Shown here in pieces: positions 10,295-20,066 of a stretch of 41,441 bases of DNA. Origin of the DNA: Alphaproteobacteria bacterium (GTDB lineage Bacteria; Pseudomonadota; Alphaproteobacteria; SP197). The translations under genes were made by a program, and so were the position numbers. The notes beneath the pieces were generated by a model. The model saw only the letters and a list, made by a program, of their open reading frames with translations, did no database searches and was not told the DNA's origin. How positions within the stretch are numbered: the first letter of the stretch is position 1; every line of letters begins with the position of its first letter. The stretch lies in contig JAJEHK010000328.1 of assembly GCA_022823765.1 (NCBI GenBank), positions 1-41,441 on the forward strand, written 5' to 3'.

Positions 10295-10320
10295 CGGGCG
10301 CCTCCGTGGAGACGCGCCCG
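10295..10320 (+). other. Intergenic stem-loop between fusion gene and hflC-like gene
   Basis: CGGGCGC-CTCC-GT-GGAG-AC-GCGCCCG; no U tract, so more likely an mRNA stability/processing element than a terminator. Confidence 0.4.
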
Positions 10321-10345
10321 CTACCGGAGCCGTAGGAGACTCGCC

Positions 10346-11245
10346 ATGACCAGAGGCAAACGGATTGCAGCCGTCATCGCAGTCCTGCTACTCGCCATCC
10401 TTGCCTGGGACAGCATCTACACCATTGATGAATCGCAGCAGGGCGTCCTCACCAATTTCGGCAAGATTGCAGCACCGGTGAAGGAACCGGGCCTGCATTT
10501 CAAGTTCCCCTGGCCCGTCTCGAAGGTCTACAAGGTTGACCGGCGCATCCATCCGCTCACGAACCTCAGTCAGGAGCTCATTACCGAGGACCAGAAGAAC
10601 GTCCTGGTCGACGGCTACCTGTTGTGGCGCGTCACGGACCCGATTCGCTACGTGGAATCGATCAGAACCGAGGCCAGGGCCGTCGAGCGGCTCAGCGATC
10701 TCTATCGATCAAGCGCCGGAATCGTGGTCAGCAACAAGCCCCGTGAAGTGTTCGTGAGCCTCGGCCTGGAACATCGGGACGTCTCCCTGATCTCCGGCGA
10801 GGTCCTTGATCTCGTCAAGCCGATTGCCGGGGACTATGGCATAGACGTCATGAAGATCGGCATCGTCGAGTACACCCTGCCGGCGGAAAACCGTCCCAGT
10901 GTCATTCAGCGGATGATCTCCGAACGCGCCCGAATTGCCGCACGTTACCGCAGCGAGGGAGAGGAAGCGGCCATACGCATCGAGGCCTATGCCATCCACG
11001 AGCACGAAAAGCTCATGGCCACCGCCCATGCCGAAGCCACCACCATTCTCGGAGAAGCCGAAGCCGAGGCGATGACCACGCTGGCCGCCGCGTACAGTGA
11101 AGACCCTGAATTCTACAAGTTCATCCGGGCACTCGACAGCTACGATGCGATCATCGACAAGAACACGACGCTGATACTCCCCGCCGACAGCGAACTGTTC
11201 AGGTATCTTGACGGCGACGGGATGTTGCCACCGGCACCGGAGTAG
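10346..11245 (+). CDS. hflC: HflC-like SPFH (band 7) protein
   Basis: N-terminal TM, EPGLHFKFPWP, LITEDQKNVLVDGYLLWRVTDP, RMISERARIAARYRSEGEE.A, AYSEDPEFYKFIRALDSY; AGGAG RBS. Confidence 0.85.
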   Translation: MTRGKRIAAVIAVLLLAILAWDSIYTIDESQQGVLTNFGKIAAPVKEPGLHFKFPWPVSKVYKVDRRIHPLTNLSQELITEDQKNVLVDGYLLWRVTDPIRYVESIRTEARAVERLSDLYRSSAGIVVSNKPREVFVSLGLEHRDVSLISGEVLDLVKPIAGDYGIDVMKIGIVEYTLPAENRPSVIQRMISERARIAARYRSEGEEAAIRIEAYAIHEHEKLMATAHAEATTILGEAEAEAMTTLAAAYSEDPEFYKFIRALDSYDAIIDKNTTLILPADSELFRYLDGDGMLPPAPE

Positions 11246-11257
11246 CGGTTCGAACTC

Positions 11258-12646
11258 ATGTCTGACACCTCTGCCGAACAACTCCCCTGGAGCACGCGCC
11301 TCATCTACTCAAGCTTTGACTGGGTGCGTGAACGCCGTCTGCTTCTGTCCCTGTCACTCGTGATCCTTGTTGTGTTCGTCGTGCTGGCCAACGGCCTCTA
11401 CGTCGTGAAAAAGGAGGAGCAGGCGGTCGTCACGCGTTTCGGCAAGGTGGTGGAGACCGACGTCCAGCCCGGCCTTCACTACGTGTTCCCGCTGATTGAA
11501 CAGGCCCACGTGCGGAAAGTCATGCGCGTGACCCGGCGAAACGTGGCAACTCAGGATGCGGACGGTAATGTCTATTTTTCGATCCTTTCGGGCGACACCA
11601 ACCTCTTCGAGGTGGATGTGGCGCTGCAGTACAGGATCGGGAATCTGAGGAACTATCTCTACGCGACTGCCGACCCGCATGCTGTGCTCGCTCTCGTCGT
11701 GCGCGAACGCCTGGTCGGCAACATGAGCAACAGCTTCATCGATCTCATATTCACCAACAACCGCGACATCATTCAAAGGCGTCTGTTCGAGGAAACCGAG
11801 GACTTTCTGGACGCCAACGACATCGGCGTCGAGTTGCTGGCGCTCAATATCGTGGGCCTGCGCCCCATCGATGAAACCGTGGCCGCTTTCCGCGATGTGA
11901 GCGATGCCATCGCCGAGAGCATCGAGACCGTGAGCGAGGCCAACAAGCGGGCGGAACGGCTCCTGGCCCGCAGCAGGGGCCAGGCTGAAGCAGTGGTGCT
12001 GAACGCCCGGGCCAGGGCGAGAGAACGCCGGGTGCAGTCCGCGAGCAGCGCGCAGGCCTTTCTGGACCTGCTGGACGCCTATCGAAACGAGCCCTCCTCG
12101 GTATCCACGACACGCTACTGGCAGAGAATGCGTGAAGTCTTCCGGGAGGCGACCCTGGCAAAGGTCAATCCGGACGACACCTCGACCATCGACATCAACA
12201 TGATCGAGAGTTTCGTGCCTGGTGTTGGCAAATTGCCCGCCGTGACCGCAGCCGCTGCGGCGCCCCTGGGGAGCATCGCCGGCGCCGCGTCCTCGATCAC
12301 GCTCGCAAGCGAGAGAGGAGCACACGGTCTCGAGGCGGTGCAGTCGGATCGTTTCCTCCTGGACGGACGGTTCCATTCTCCCATGAGCGAGCGCCATCAT
12401 CTTGGCGCTGCCGAACTGCGTTCCCTGATCTTCGACGATCTTTCCATCTTCTCTCATCGCCATGTCGCACCGACACCTGTCTGGACTGCGGTGGAGCAGA
12501 CCGAACAGCCGATGGTCGAGTCGACGGTCATCGACACGAGCGAAGAGGTCCAGAAGGGGCGGGAAACCTCGACGGCGACGACAACCGACTCATCGGAAGG
12601 GCAACACGCGTCGGCAGAAGAGAAACAAGATGGCGGCAACCATTAG
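11258..12646 (+). CDS. hflK: HflK-like SPFH protein with long C-terminal extension
   Basis: TM helix, EQAVVTRFGK, PGLHYVFP, ILSGDTNL, LQYRI, AAFRDVSDA, ARSRGQA; ~130-aa tail with scattered His. Confidence 0.78.
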   Translation: MSDTSAEQLPWSTRLIYSSFDWVRERRLLLSLSLVILVVFVVLANGLYVVKKEEQAVVTRFGKVVETDVQPGLHYVFPLIEQAHVRKVMRVTRRNVATQDADGNVYFSILSGDTNLFEVDVALQYRIGNLRNYLYATADPHAVLALVVRERLVGNMSNSFIDLIFTNNRDIIQRRLFEETEDFLDANDIGVELLALNIVGLRPIDETVAAFRDVSDAIAESIETVSEANKRAERLLARSRGQAEAVVLNARARARERRVQSASSAQAFLDLLDAYRNEPSSVSTTRYWQRMREVFREATLAKVNPDDTSTIDINMIESFVPGVGKLPAVTAAAAAPLGSIAGAASSITLASERGAHGLEAVQSDRFLLDGRFHSPMSERHHLGAAELRSLIFDDLSIFSHRHVAPTPVWTAVEQTEQPMVESTVIDTSEEVQKGRETSTATTTDSSEGQHASAEEKQDGGNH

Positions 12647-13811
12647 CCGTGTTGCCGCCCTCTTCATTGTGCTGACGGCGAGAGCCGCCTTCGACGCGTC
12701 GGCAGCGGCGCCGGGCGTCACCGAGAACTCCATCGTCTTCGGACAGAGCGGTTGCTTCAGCGGCTCCTGCGGGTATGCGGGCAACCAGTACCGCGGTGGC
12801 ATACTGACCGCGTTCCATGAATCCAACAGCGCCGGCGGCATCAACGGCAGGCAACTGGTACTCCTGGCGCTGGACGACGGCTACGATCCGGACCGGGCGG
12901 CAGCCAACGCGGACAGGTTCGTCGCCGACGACGAAGTGTTTGCCGTCGTGGGCGGTGTCGGCACGCCGACGACGGAACGCATGGCATCTATCTTCAGGGA
13001 GGAGATGATCCCCTTCGTCGGCCACCTCACGGGGGCCGAGTTCCTGAGAGAAGTCCGCAGGTATCCCAACGTGGTGAACCTGCGCGCCGGGTATTCCGAG
13101 GAAACAAGGCGCCTGGTCGAGCACTTCGTCGAGAACCTGAATGCCCGCCGGTTCGGTATCATTCATCAGGACGACTCGTTCGGTCGCACCGTGATCACCA
13201 GCTACGAGGATGCCTTGAGAGCCTTCGATCTCTCGATCCTTGCCAAGGCGGCCTATTCGCGGCACTCCCACGCCGTGCACTCGACCGTGTTCGTCATGGA
13301 AAAGGCGGATCTGGACGTCGTGTTGCTGGCCACGACTCTCGGGCCGGCCGCCGAGGTGATCAACACGTCGCGATCCCTTGGCAACGACTATGCCTTCGGC
13401 CTCCTGTCCTTTGTGGACACCGGGCTCCTCGAGGCATCGCTGGACTTCTCGGACGAACGGATCTTCCTGACCAGAGTCATCCCGGACTTCGCCAACGAGA
13501 GCAACGCGTTGGTGAGACGTTTCCGTCTCGCCCTCGACGACTACCGGAACACCGATCCGGAGGTCGTGGAGGATGTCGTGAGCCTGTTCAGCCTGGAAGG
13601 CTACATCGTGGGTCGATTCATCGTCGAAGTTCTCAAGCGCATGCCGAACGAAATGAGTCGGGAGGTCTTTCTGACAACGGCACTGTCGCGGGATCCCGTC
13701 CATATCGACGACTGGGTCATCGCCTTCGACGAGGGCAGCAATGCCGGTTCGGACTACGTGCGAATCGTCGATCTTTCCGGCTACTATTCTGAAAGGGAGG
13801 CCGCCGAGTGA
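12630..13811 (+). CDS. Periplasmic binding protein, LivK/branched-chain amino acid (type 1) family
   Basis: ATG 12630 overlaps hflK end; signal peptide; PGVTENSIVFGQS, GGINGRQL, LDDGYDP, GVGTPT, NLRAGYSEET, QDDSFG, SLEGYIVGR. Confidence 0.8.
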   Translation: MAATISRVAALFIVLTARAAFDASAAAPGVTENSIVFGQSGCFSGSCGYAGNQYRGGILTAFHESNSAGGINGRQLVLLALDDGYDPDRAAANADRFVADDEVFAVVGGVGTPTTERMASIFREEMIPFVGHLTGAEFLREVRRYPNVVNLRAGYSEETRRLVEHFVENLNARRFGIIHQDDSFGRTVITSYEDALRAFDLSILAKAAYSRHSHAVHSTVFVMEKADLDVVLLATTLGPAAEVINTSRSLGNDYAFGLLSFVDTGLLEASLDFSDERIFLTRVIPDFANESNALVRRFRLALDDYRNTDPEVVEDVVSLFSLEGYIVGRFIVEVLKRMPNEMSREVFLTTALSRDPVHIDDWVIAFDEGSNAGSDYVRIVDLSGYYSEREAAE

Positions 13812-14296
13812 AGAAACTCCATGACTTTTCCCTTGAAGAGACCGGCCAGGAGTGGCTCCGGGAGGGATACAAGGTCGTTGCGATGCGCCGCAACGTCATG
13901 TTCCGGATGCTCCTCGAGTCGGTTCGTCTTCTCCTCTTCGGCAATGCCGGAGGCGCTGCCCTCATTATCGGTTTCATGAGCGCCACCACGGGTGAGAACG
14001 AGGGGGCCTTCCACTGGTTTGCGCTTGCGACGGTGCTGGTCTTCGGTCTGGGCACGCTGACATCGGCGCTGAGCATGATTCTCGTCACCCTGGTTTCCAT
14101 CAAGGAGGCACACGGTGCCGAAACCGCCCTGAAACGTTTCGCCGACGGCGACGACAACAATTTCCAGGTCATGTTCAATATCGAAGGCCAGACCTGGCGC
14201 CTTGCCGACTGGAGCACGCTCACCGGTATCGTCAGCGCCGCTACCTTCATCGTGGGCGGATTGGCCGGTGTCGCGCTGCTGGTGGTGTTCTTCTGA
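13808..14296 (+). CDS. Hypothetical membrane protein (about 3 TM helices)
   Basis: GTGA overlap with upstream stop, GGGAGG RBS, three hydrophobic stretches. Confidence 0.7.
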   Translation: MKKLHDFSLEETGQEWLREGYKVVAMRRNVMFRMLLESVRLLLFGNAGGAALIIGFMSATTGENEGAFHWFALATVLVFGLGTLTSALSMILVTLVSIKEAHGAETALKRFADGDDNNFQVMFNIEGQTWRLADWSTLTGIVSAATFIVGGLAGVALLVVFF

Positions 14297-14557
14297 AGAC
14301 CTCCACCGGTCTTCCGATTCGGATGCATGCCGCACCCGATCAGCCCAAGACTGGAAGCGTTGCGGCATTCTCCCCGACCGCAGCTTCGGATGGCTTTCCC
14401 GAGCATGAGTCCGGCCCGGCGCGCCGTGTCCTGATGGAGACGAACTGGCCGGTTCGGCAGTCTCCGATCGGGTCATCCCCTCGGGAGGGGCCACCAATGA
14501 ACGAAGTAGCAGGTCCTGTCGGGCCGCGGAATCCACCTGGCTCCGGGTGCGCGAACG

Positions 14558-15361
14558 ATGGCCGGTGACGTCTCACGGACACGACCGCTGATCGAGGCGC
14601 GGGGCGTAAGCGTGAATTTCGGGCGGCGCAATGTGCTGGACAAGGTGGACATTGCCGTCCATGCCGGGGAAATCGTGACCCTGGTCGGTCTCAACGGTGC
14701 GGGCAAGTCAACGCTGATACGCGTGTTGTTCGGTATCGTCCGTCCCGACCTCGGCACGGTCGCGCGAACCCCGGGACTGCGCATCGGCTATTCGCCCCAG
14801 CACGTACACCGCGATCCGATTCTTCCGATGACCGTCCGCGGATTCCTCACTCTGGGCGCGCCGGCGCCACGTGACAGACTCGAGAACGTGCTCTCTGAAG
14901 TCGGCGCCGGCGCGATTCTCAACCACCCCCTGTCCGAAGTTTCAGGTGGAGAGCTTCATCGCGTGCTTCTTGCGCGAGCCCTGTTGCGCGAGCCCGGCCT
15001 GCTCGTGCTCGACGAACCGCTTGCGGGAGTCGATGTTGCCAGCCAGGGCGAACTCTACCAGTTGATCGCGACCATTCGGGACCGCTATGGCTGCGGTGTG
15101 CTTCTCGTCTCGCACGATCTGCACATGGTCATGGCCGCAACGGACACCGTGGTATGCCTCAACCGGCATGTGTGCTGCACCGGCCATCCGAGAACGATCA
15201 CGCGCCACCCGGAATTCGTCTCCCTGTTCGGACCGCATGTGGCGAACGCGATTGCGGTCTACCCGCACCGGCACGACCATCGCCATGACGAGCATGGCAA
15301 TCCGGTGCCGATCGATGGCGACGGTCCGACAGGGCCTGACACGTTCGGCGGACGGCGATGA
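14558..15361 (+). CDS. znuC: Zinc ABC transporter ATP-binding protein
   Basis: Walker A GLNGAGKST, VSGGELHRVLLARAL, LVLDEP, SHDL, CLNRHVCCTGHP and His-rich C-terminus. Confidence 0.9.
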   Translation: MAGDVSRTRPLIEARGVSVNFGRRNVLDKVDIAVHAGEIVTLVGLNGAGKSTLIRVLFGIVRPDLGTVARTPGLRIGYSPQHVHRDPILPMTVRGFLTLGAPAPRDRLENVLSEVGAGAILNHPLSEVSGGELHRVLLARALLREPGLLVLDEPLAGVDVASQGELYQLIATIRDRYGCGVLLVSHDLHMVMAATDTVVCLNRHVCCTGHPRTITRHPEFVSLFGPHVANAIAVYPHRHDHRHDEHGNPVPIDGDGPTGPDTFGGRR

Positions 15362-16164
15362 CGGAAGATTTCGTTCTGCGCGCGCTCGCGGGCGGAATCG
15401 GCGCGGCGCTCGCGGCGGGCCCCGTCGGCTGCTTTGTCATCTGGAGACGCATGGCCTACTTCGGCACGGCGCTTGCCCATGCGGTGCTTCTCGGAATCGC
15501 TCTGGGCTTTCTCCTGGAACTGGAGCCGTTCGCCGGGGTCTTCGCCATGTGCTTCATCCTCGCGGGATGCCTGATTCTTCTGGAACGCCAGCGTCTCGTT
15601 TCTCTCGACGCCCTGCTCGGGGTGCTGGCCCACGCGGTGTTCGCGGCGGGCCTCGTCGTCATCGCGTTCATGGAACGCCTGAGGGTCGACCTTGTCGGCT
15701 ACCTCTTCGGCGACATCCTCTCCGTCGGCGCGGTCGACCTGTGGCTCATCTACACCACCGCGGCCGTTTCGATAGCCGCGCTTGTCTGGCAGTGGCGCAA
15801 CCTTCTCTCCGTGACCGTCAACCGGGACCTCGCCGCAGTGGAGGGAGTGCCCGTGGAACGCGTGCGGTTCCTGCTCCTGCTCCTGCTCGCCGGAGTGATC
15901 GCGGTGGGGATGAAGATCGTCGGAATGCTTCTCGTCGTGGCGCTGGTGATCATTCCCGCCGCCGCTGCGCGCCGCGTGTCGGCAACACCCGAACAGATGG
16001 CCGTTGCATCATCGATCATCGGAATCGTCGCGGTCGTCGCTGGTCTCTTCGGTTCGCTGGAGTGGGACGTTCCGGCCGGGCCGGCCATCGTGCTCGTCGC
16101 AAGCCTGGCCTTCGCCGCGAGCCTGCTCATCCCGAGCCGCAGCCGGCAGGGCCGCGAAGACTGA
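15358..16164 (+). CDS. znuB: Zinc ABC transporter permease
   Basis: ATGA overlap; GCFVIWRRMAYFG.ALAH, YLFGDIL, MKIVG.LLV.AL.IIPAAAAR, TPEQMA. Confidence 0.92.
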   Translation: MTEDFVLRALAGGIGAALAAGPVGCFVIWRRMAYFGTALAHAVLLGIALGFLLELEPFAGVFAMCFILAGCLILLERQRLVSLDALLGVLAHAVFAAGLVVIAFMERLRVDLVGYLFGDILSVGAVDLWLIYTTAAVSIAALVWQWRNLLSVTVNRDLAAVEGVPVERVRFLLLLLLAGVIAVGMKIVGMLLVVALVIIPAAAARRVSATPEQMAVASSIIGIVAVVAGLFGSLEWDVPAGPAIVLVASLAFAASLLIPSRSRQGRED

Positions 16165-16285
16165 TTCCCGGAACGCCCGTTGCAGGCGGCGGCCGTCCCG
16201 TCCGTTCCCCGGCGAACGTTCCTTGCCGGATGGTGACGGACAGGGCATAACCGGTCGGAACTGTCATCTTCGGGACATCAGGATC

Positions 16286-16810
16286 ATGGACATGAAGCTG
16301 CTTCACCGGGCGATCGGCGCCCTCGTCTTTCTGATCATCGCCTCTGGCGCCTCGGCGGCCGACATGGCCTCAGCACGAATCATCAATGCAGACGGGCTGG
16401 AGGTTGGCAGCGTGACATTCCAGCAGGCTCCCACCGGCGTGTTGGTGTCGGTTGACGTCACGGGATTGCCACCTGGCGGCCATGGTATTCATCTCCATGG
16501 CGTCGGATCCTGCTCCCCCGACTTCAAGGCGTCCGGAGGCCACATCAATCCTGAAGGCGTCCCGCACGGCCTGCTCAATCCCGGGGGCGGCGACAATGGC
16601 GACCTGCCCAATCTCTATGCGGCGGCGGATGGTTCCGCACGGGCCGAGTTCTTCACCACGCGCGTGTCGCTGAAAGGCGGCGATCTGCCCGCGCTGCTCG
16701 ACACGGACGGTTCGGCTGTCATCATCCACGCCAGCCCGGATGACCACATGTCTCAGCCTATCGGCGGCTCCGGCGGGCGTATTGCTTGCGGCTTGATCGA
16801 AGGCATGTAG
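16286..16810 (+). CDS. sodC: Periplasmic Cu/Zn superoxide dismutase family protein
   Basis: Signal peptide; HGIHLH, GGHINP, HG, GDLPNL, IIHA..DD, GGRIACG; start 16286 or 16292. Confidence 0.88.
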   Translation: MDMKLLHRAIGALVFLIIASGASAADMASARIINADGLEVGSVTFQQAPTGVLVSVDVTGLPPGGHGIHLHGVGSCSPDFKASGGHINPEGVPHGLLNPGGGDNGDLPNLYAAADGSARAEFFTTRVSLKGGDLPALLDTDGSAVIIHASPDDHMSQPIGGSGGRIACGLIEGM

Positions 16811-16880
16811 TTCCGGCCGTTCCGGGTGTGGCCGATGAGGCATTCCACCACTTTGGACCGGTAACCGAGACCGATCCGGA

Positions 16881-18290
16881 TCACCCTGCGGGCGGTCGCC
16901 TGCCCGTGAAGGGAGAGGCCTCTTCGAATGCCCTCGCGGCGCGCAGCACCAGGGCATCCCCGCCTCGAGGACCGACGATCTGCAGGCCCACCGGGGCGCC
17001 GTCTTTCGTGAAGCCGCAGGGAAGGGAGATGGAGGGCTGTCCGGTGAGATCGAACGGAAACGTGGTCGCCATCCAACCCGCCCCGCTCTGACGTTGCGTC
17101 CGCTCCCACCCATCGGGCTCCGAGCGCTCGGCGGGAAAGGGTGTCGTTCCCAGGGTGGGGAGAACGAGGAGATCATGCCGGCTCATGAGCGCTTCGAGGC
17201 GGCGGGTAAGGTCGCGGCGGCCGGCCTCGGCTTGAAGGAGATCAAGGGCGCTCAGGCGGTTGCCGCGGTCCGCCGCGGCGATGAGCACGGGTTCGTCCGG
17301 TCGCCGGGGGGCGAGGCGCCTTGCCACGGCGGCGGCGAGGGAATCGGAAAGAACGTCGGCCATTCTTGACGGATCGCCGATGTCAGCCCTGATTCGGGTG
17401 ACCCTGGCTCCGAGCGCGGTGAAGACCTCGCGGGCAGCCTTGCCGACAATGCGCCGGACTACGGGATCGACTGTGGCAAAGCCGAGATCCGCTGACCAGG
17501 CGACGCGCATGTCCCTGACACCGCGTTCGAGTCCGGTGAGCACGTCAGGCGCCGGTCCGGTGAGCGCATAGCCGTCGCGCGGATCGTGACCCGCCATCAC
17601 CGTCAGCGCCAGGGCTGCGTCGTGCACCGTGCGGGTGATCGGGCCGATGTGTTCGAGAGTCATCATCGGGCTCGCCGGCCACACGGGCACCCTGCCGAAA
17701 CTCGGCTTGAACCCGACGACGCTGCAGAAACTGGCCGGTCCGCGGATGGAGCCTCCGGAATCGGTGCCCGTGGCGATGGCGACCATGCCGGAAGCGACGG
17801 CGGCGGCCGAACCGCCGCTCGAGCCGCACGGAGTCCAGTCCGGATTCCACGGATTGCGGGTAATCCCGTGAAGCCTGCTGTCGGTGGTTCCCTTCCAGGC
17901 GAACTCGGGCGTCGTGGTCTTGCCGACGATGACGGCCCCGTGAGACCGCAGGCGTTCCACCACGATCGCATCGTCCGGCCACGGCCCTTCGGGAGAAATG
18001 GCGAGCGAACCGTTGAGTGTCGGCCAGCCCCGGGTCTCGGTGACGTCTTTGATGGCAACCGGGACGCCGTCCAGGATTCCGGCGGGCTCTCCCGCCGCCC
18101 ATCGCCTTGCCGAGGCCCGGGCGTCGCGTCTGGCGGCCCGGGCATCCACCAGCTGCCAGGCATTGAGGCGAGGCTCCTGCGCCTCGATGCGGCCGAGCGT
18201 GGCGTCGAGAACGTCCAGGGGAGTGAAGCGCTTGCTGCGGTAGCCCGATACCAGGGCCGCCGCGCTCATGTAGACGAGATCATCCGACAT
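16881..18290 (-). CDS. Amidase signature family protein
   Basis: GVPVAIKD, GKTTTPEF, TRNPW, GSSGGSAAAVA, GTDSGGSIRGPA (Lys-cisSer-Ser triad); GGAG RBS before ATG 18290. Confidence 0.88.
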   Translation of the reverse strand: MSDDLVYMSAAALVSGYRSKRFTPLDVLDATLGRIEAQEPRLNAWQLVDARAARRDARASARRWAAGEPAGILDGVPVAIKDVTETRGWPTLNGSLAISPEGPWPDDAIVVERLRSHGAVIVGKTTTPEFAWKGTTDSRLHGITRNPWNPDWTPCGSSGGSAAAVASGMVAIATGTDSGGSIRGPASFCSVVGFKPSFGRVPVWPASPMMTLEHIGPITRTVHDAALALTVMAGHDPRDGYALTGPAPDVLTGLERGVRDMRVAWSADLGFATVDPVVRRIVGKAAREVFTALGARVTRIRADIGDPSRMADVLSDSLAAAVARRLAPRRPDEPVLIAAADRGNRLSALDLLQAEAGRRDLTRRLEALMSRHDLLVLPTLGTTPFPAERSEPDGWERTQRQSGAGWMATTFPFDLTGQPSISLPCGFTKDGAPVGLQIVGPRGGDALVLRAARAFEEASPFTGRRPPAG

Positions 18291-18317
18291 CGCTTCTCCA
18301 GATGACGGCAACGGGGC

Positions 18318-20066
18318 CTAGTCGACGCCCTCCCGCTTCATGATGAACCATTGCTGGGCGATGGAGAGCAGGTTGTTCCACGTCCAGTAGATCACCAGTC
18401 CCGCCGGGAAGGTGGCGAAGATGAAGAGGAAGATAAGAGGCAGGAACATGAAGATCTTTGCCTGGGTGGGGTCCGGCGGCTGCGGACTGATCCTCTGCTG
18501 CAGCCACATGGTCGAAGACATCAGCAGCGGCCAGGCGCCGATCATCAGGAAGGGAGGCAGGAAGACACCGGGATCGAAGGGTAGCAGTCCGAAGATATTC
18601 CAGATTACCGTCGGATCGGGCTCGGAGAGATCCTCGATCCAGCCGTAGAAAGGTGCGTGGCGCATCTCGATGGTGACGAACAGCACCTTGTAGAGAGCAA
18701 AGAAGACCGGAATCTGCACCAGGATCGGCAGGCAGCCCGAGGCCGGGTTGACCTTCTCCTGGCGGTAGAGGGCCATCAGTTCCTGCTGCATCTTCTGCTT
18801 GTCGTCGCCGAAACGTTCGCGCAGCTCCTTCATCTTCGGCGCCAGCTTGCGCATCTTGCTCATCGAGCGATACGACTTGTTGGCCAGGGGGAAGAAGATG
18901 ATCTTGATGATGACGGTGAGCGCCAGGATGGCGAGACCGAAGTTCCCGATCGTATTCTTGAGCCACAGCAGGACGAAGAAGATGGGTTTCGTGAGGAAGT
19001 AGAACCAGCCGAAGTCCACCGCCCGGTCGAAGAGCGGGATGTTGAAGGCCTCGGCATAGTCGTCGAGCTGGGTCACGACCTTGGCGCCCGCGAACAGGCG
19101 ATCCTCGGCGGTGACCGTCGCGCCCGGAGCCACGCTGAGTGCGCTGCGGTAGAAGTCCGCCTGGTAGGTGTCCGTCGTTCCTCCCTGAAGGTGATGCAGG
19201 AAGCGGCCACGGAACGGATCGCTCTGGTCGGGTATCAATGCCACGAGCCAGTACTTGTCGGTGATGCCGAGCCATCCGTTCGGGCTGTCGAACGAGATTT
19301 CCTCCGGGTCGTCAGGGTCCGACAGATCGTCGTAGTCGATTTCCTCGAGGGTCTCGTTGAGGACCCCGATCAGCCCCTCGTGCAGGATATAGAATCCCAG
19401 CGTCGGTGGTGTCCCGTACCGCTTGATCCGGCCGTAGGGAAGAAGCGAAACCGTGTTCCCGCCCTGGTTGGTGACACTCTGGGTCACGGTGAACATGGAG
19501 TGCTCGTCGATCGCGAAGGTGCGCTCGAAGAGCAGGCCCTCCCCGTTGTTCCAGGAAATCGTGACGGGTGTCTCGGGCGTCAGCGCGACATCGCCTGCCT
19601 GCCACCTCGAGGTCGAATCCGGCAGGGTCGCACCGGAGCCCCCGTCGAGCCAGCCGAACTCGGTGAAGTAGGAGGACGGGCCTCCCACCGGCGACAGCAG
19701 GATGACGTCCGGCGAGTCCGGTCCGACCTCCATGCGGTAGTCGAGGAGTGTCAGATCGTCGATGCGCCCGCCAACAAGGGCGATGGAGCCACTCAGACTC
19801 GGTGTCCGGATGGCAATGCGGGGCGACTCCGCCAGAGCTTCGGCCCGGGTGAGTTCCCGGACGACGGGTTCCTCCACGCCGACCGAGGACGTGGAGACCT
19901 GGGGCAGGGTGGAATCGTCCTCGGTGGCGGCAAGTTCCTGCTGGCGCTCGAGGGCCTGCTGTTCCCGCTGGATTCTCGGAAGTTCGTAGAAGAACTGCCA
20001 GGCAATGAACATCAGGAGGATGATTGCCGTGGCCAGCCACACGTTCCTCTGTTCCTGGGGCATCAT
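18318..20066 (-). CDS. yidC: Membrane protein insertase YidC
   Basis: [63 protein letters not shown]; ATGA overlap with yidD. Confidence 0.97.
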   Translation of the reverse strand: MMPQEQRNVWLATAIILLMFIAWQFFYELPRIQREQQALERQQELAATEDDSTLPQVSTSSVGVEEPVVRELTRAEALAESPRIAIRTPSLSGSIALVGGRIDDLTLLDYRMEVGPDSPDVILLSPVGGPSSYFTEFGWLDGGSGATLPDSTSRWQAGDVALTPETPVTISWNNGEGLLFERTFAIDEHSMFTVTQSVTNQGGNTVSLLPYGRIKRYGTPPTLGFYILHEGLIGVLNETLEEIDYDDLSDPDDPEEISFDSPNGWLGITDKYWLVALIPDQSDPFRGRFLHHLQGGTTDTYQADFYRSALSVAPGATVTAEDRLFAGAKVVTQLDDYAEAFNIPLFDRAVDFGWFYFLTKPIFFVLLWLKNTIGNFGLAILALTVIIKIIFFPLANKSYRSMSKMRKLAPKMKELRERFGDDKQKMQQELMALYRQEKVNPASGCLPILVQIPVFFALYKVLFVTIEMRHAPFYGWIEDLSEPDPTVIWNIFGLLPFDPGVFLPPFLMIGAWPLLMSSTMWLQQRISPQPPDPTQAKIFMFLPLIFLFIFATFPAGLVIYWTWNNLLSIAQQWFIMKREGVD

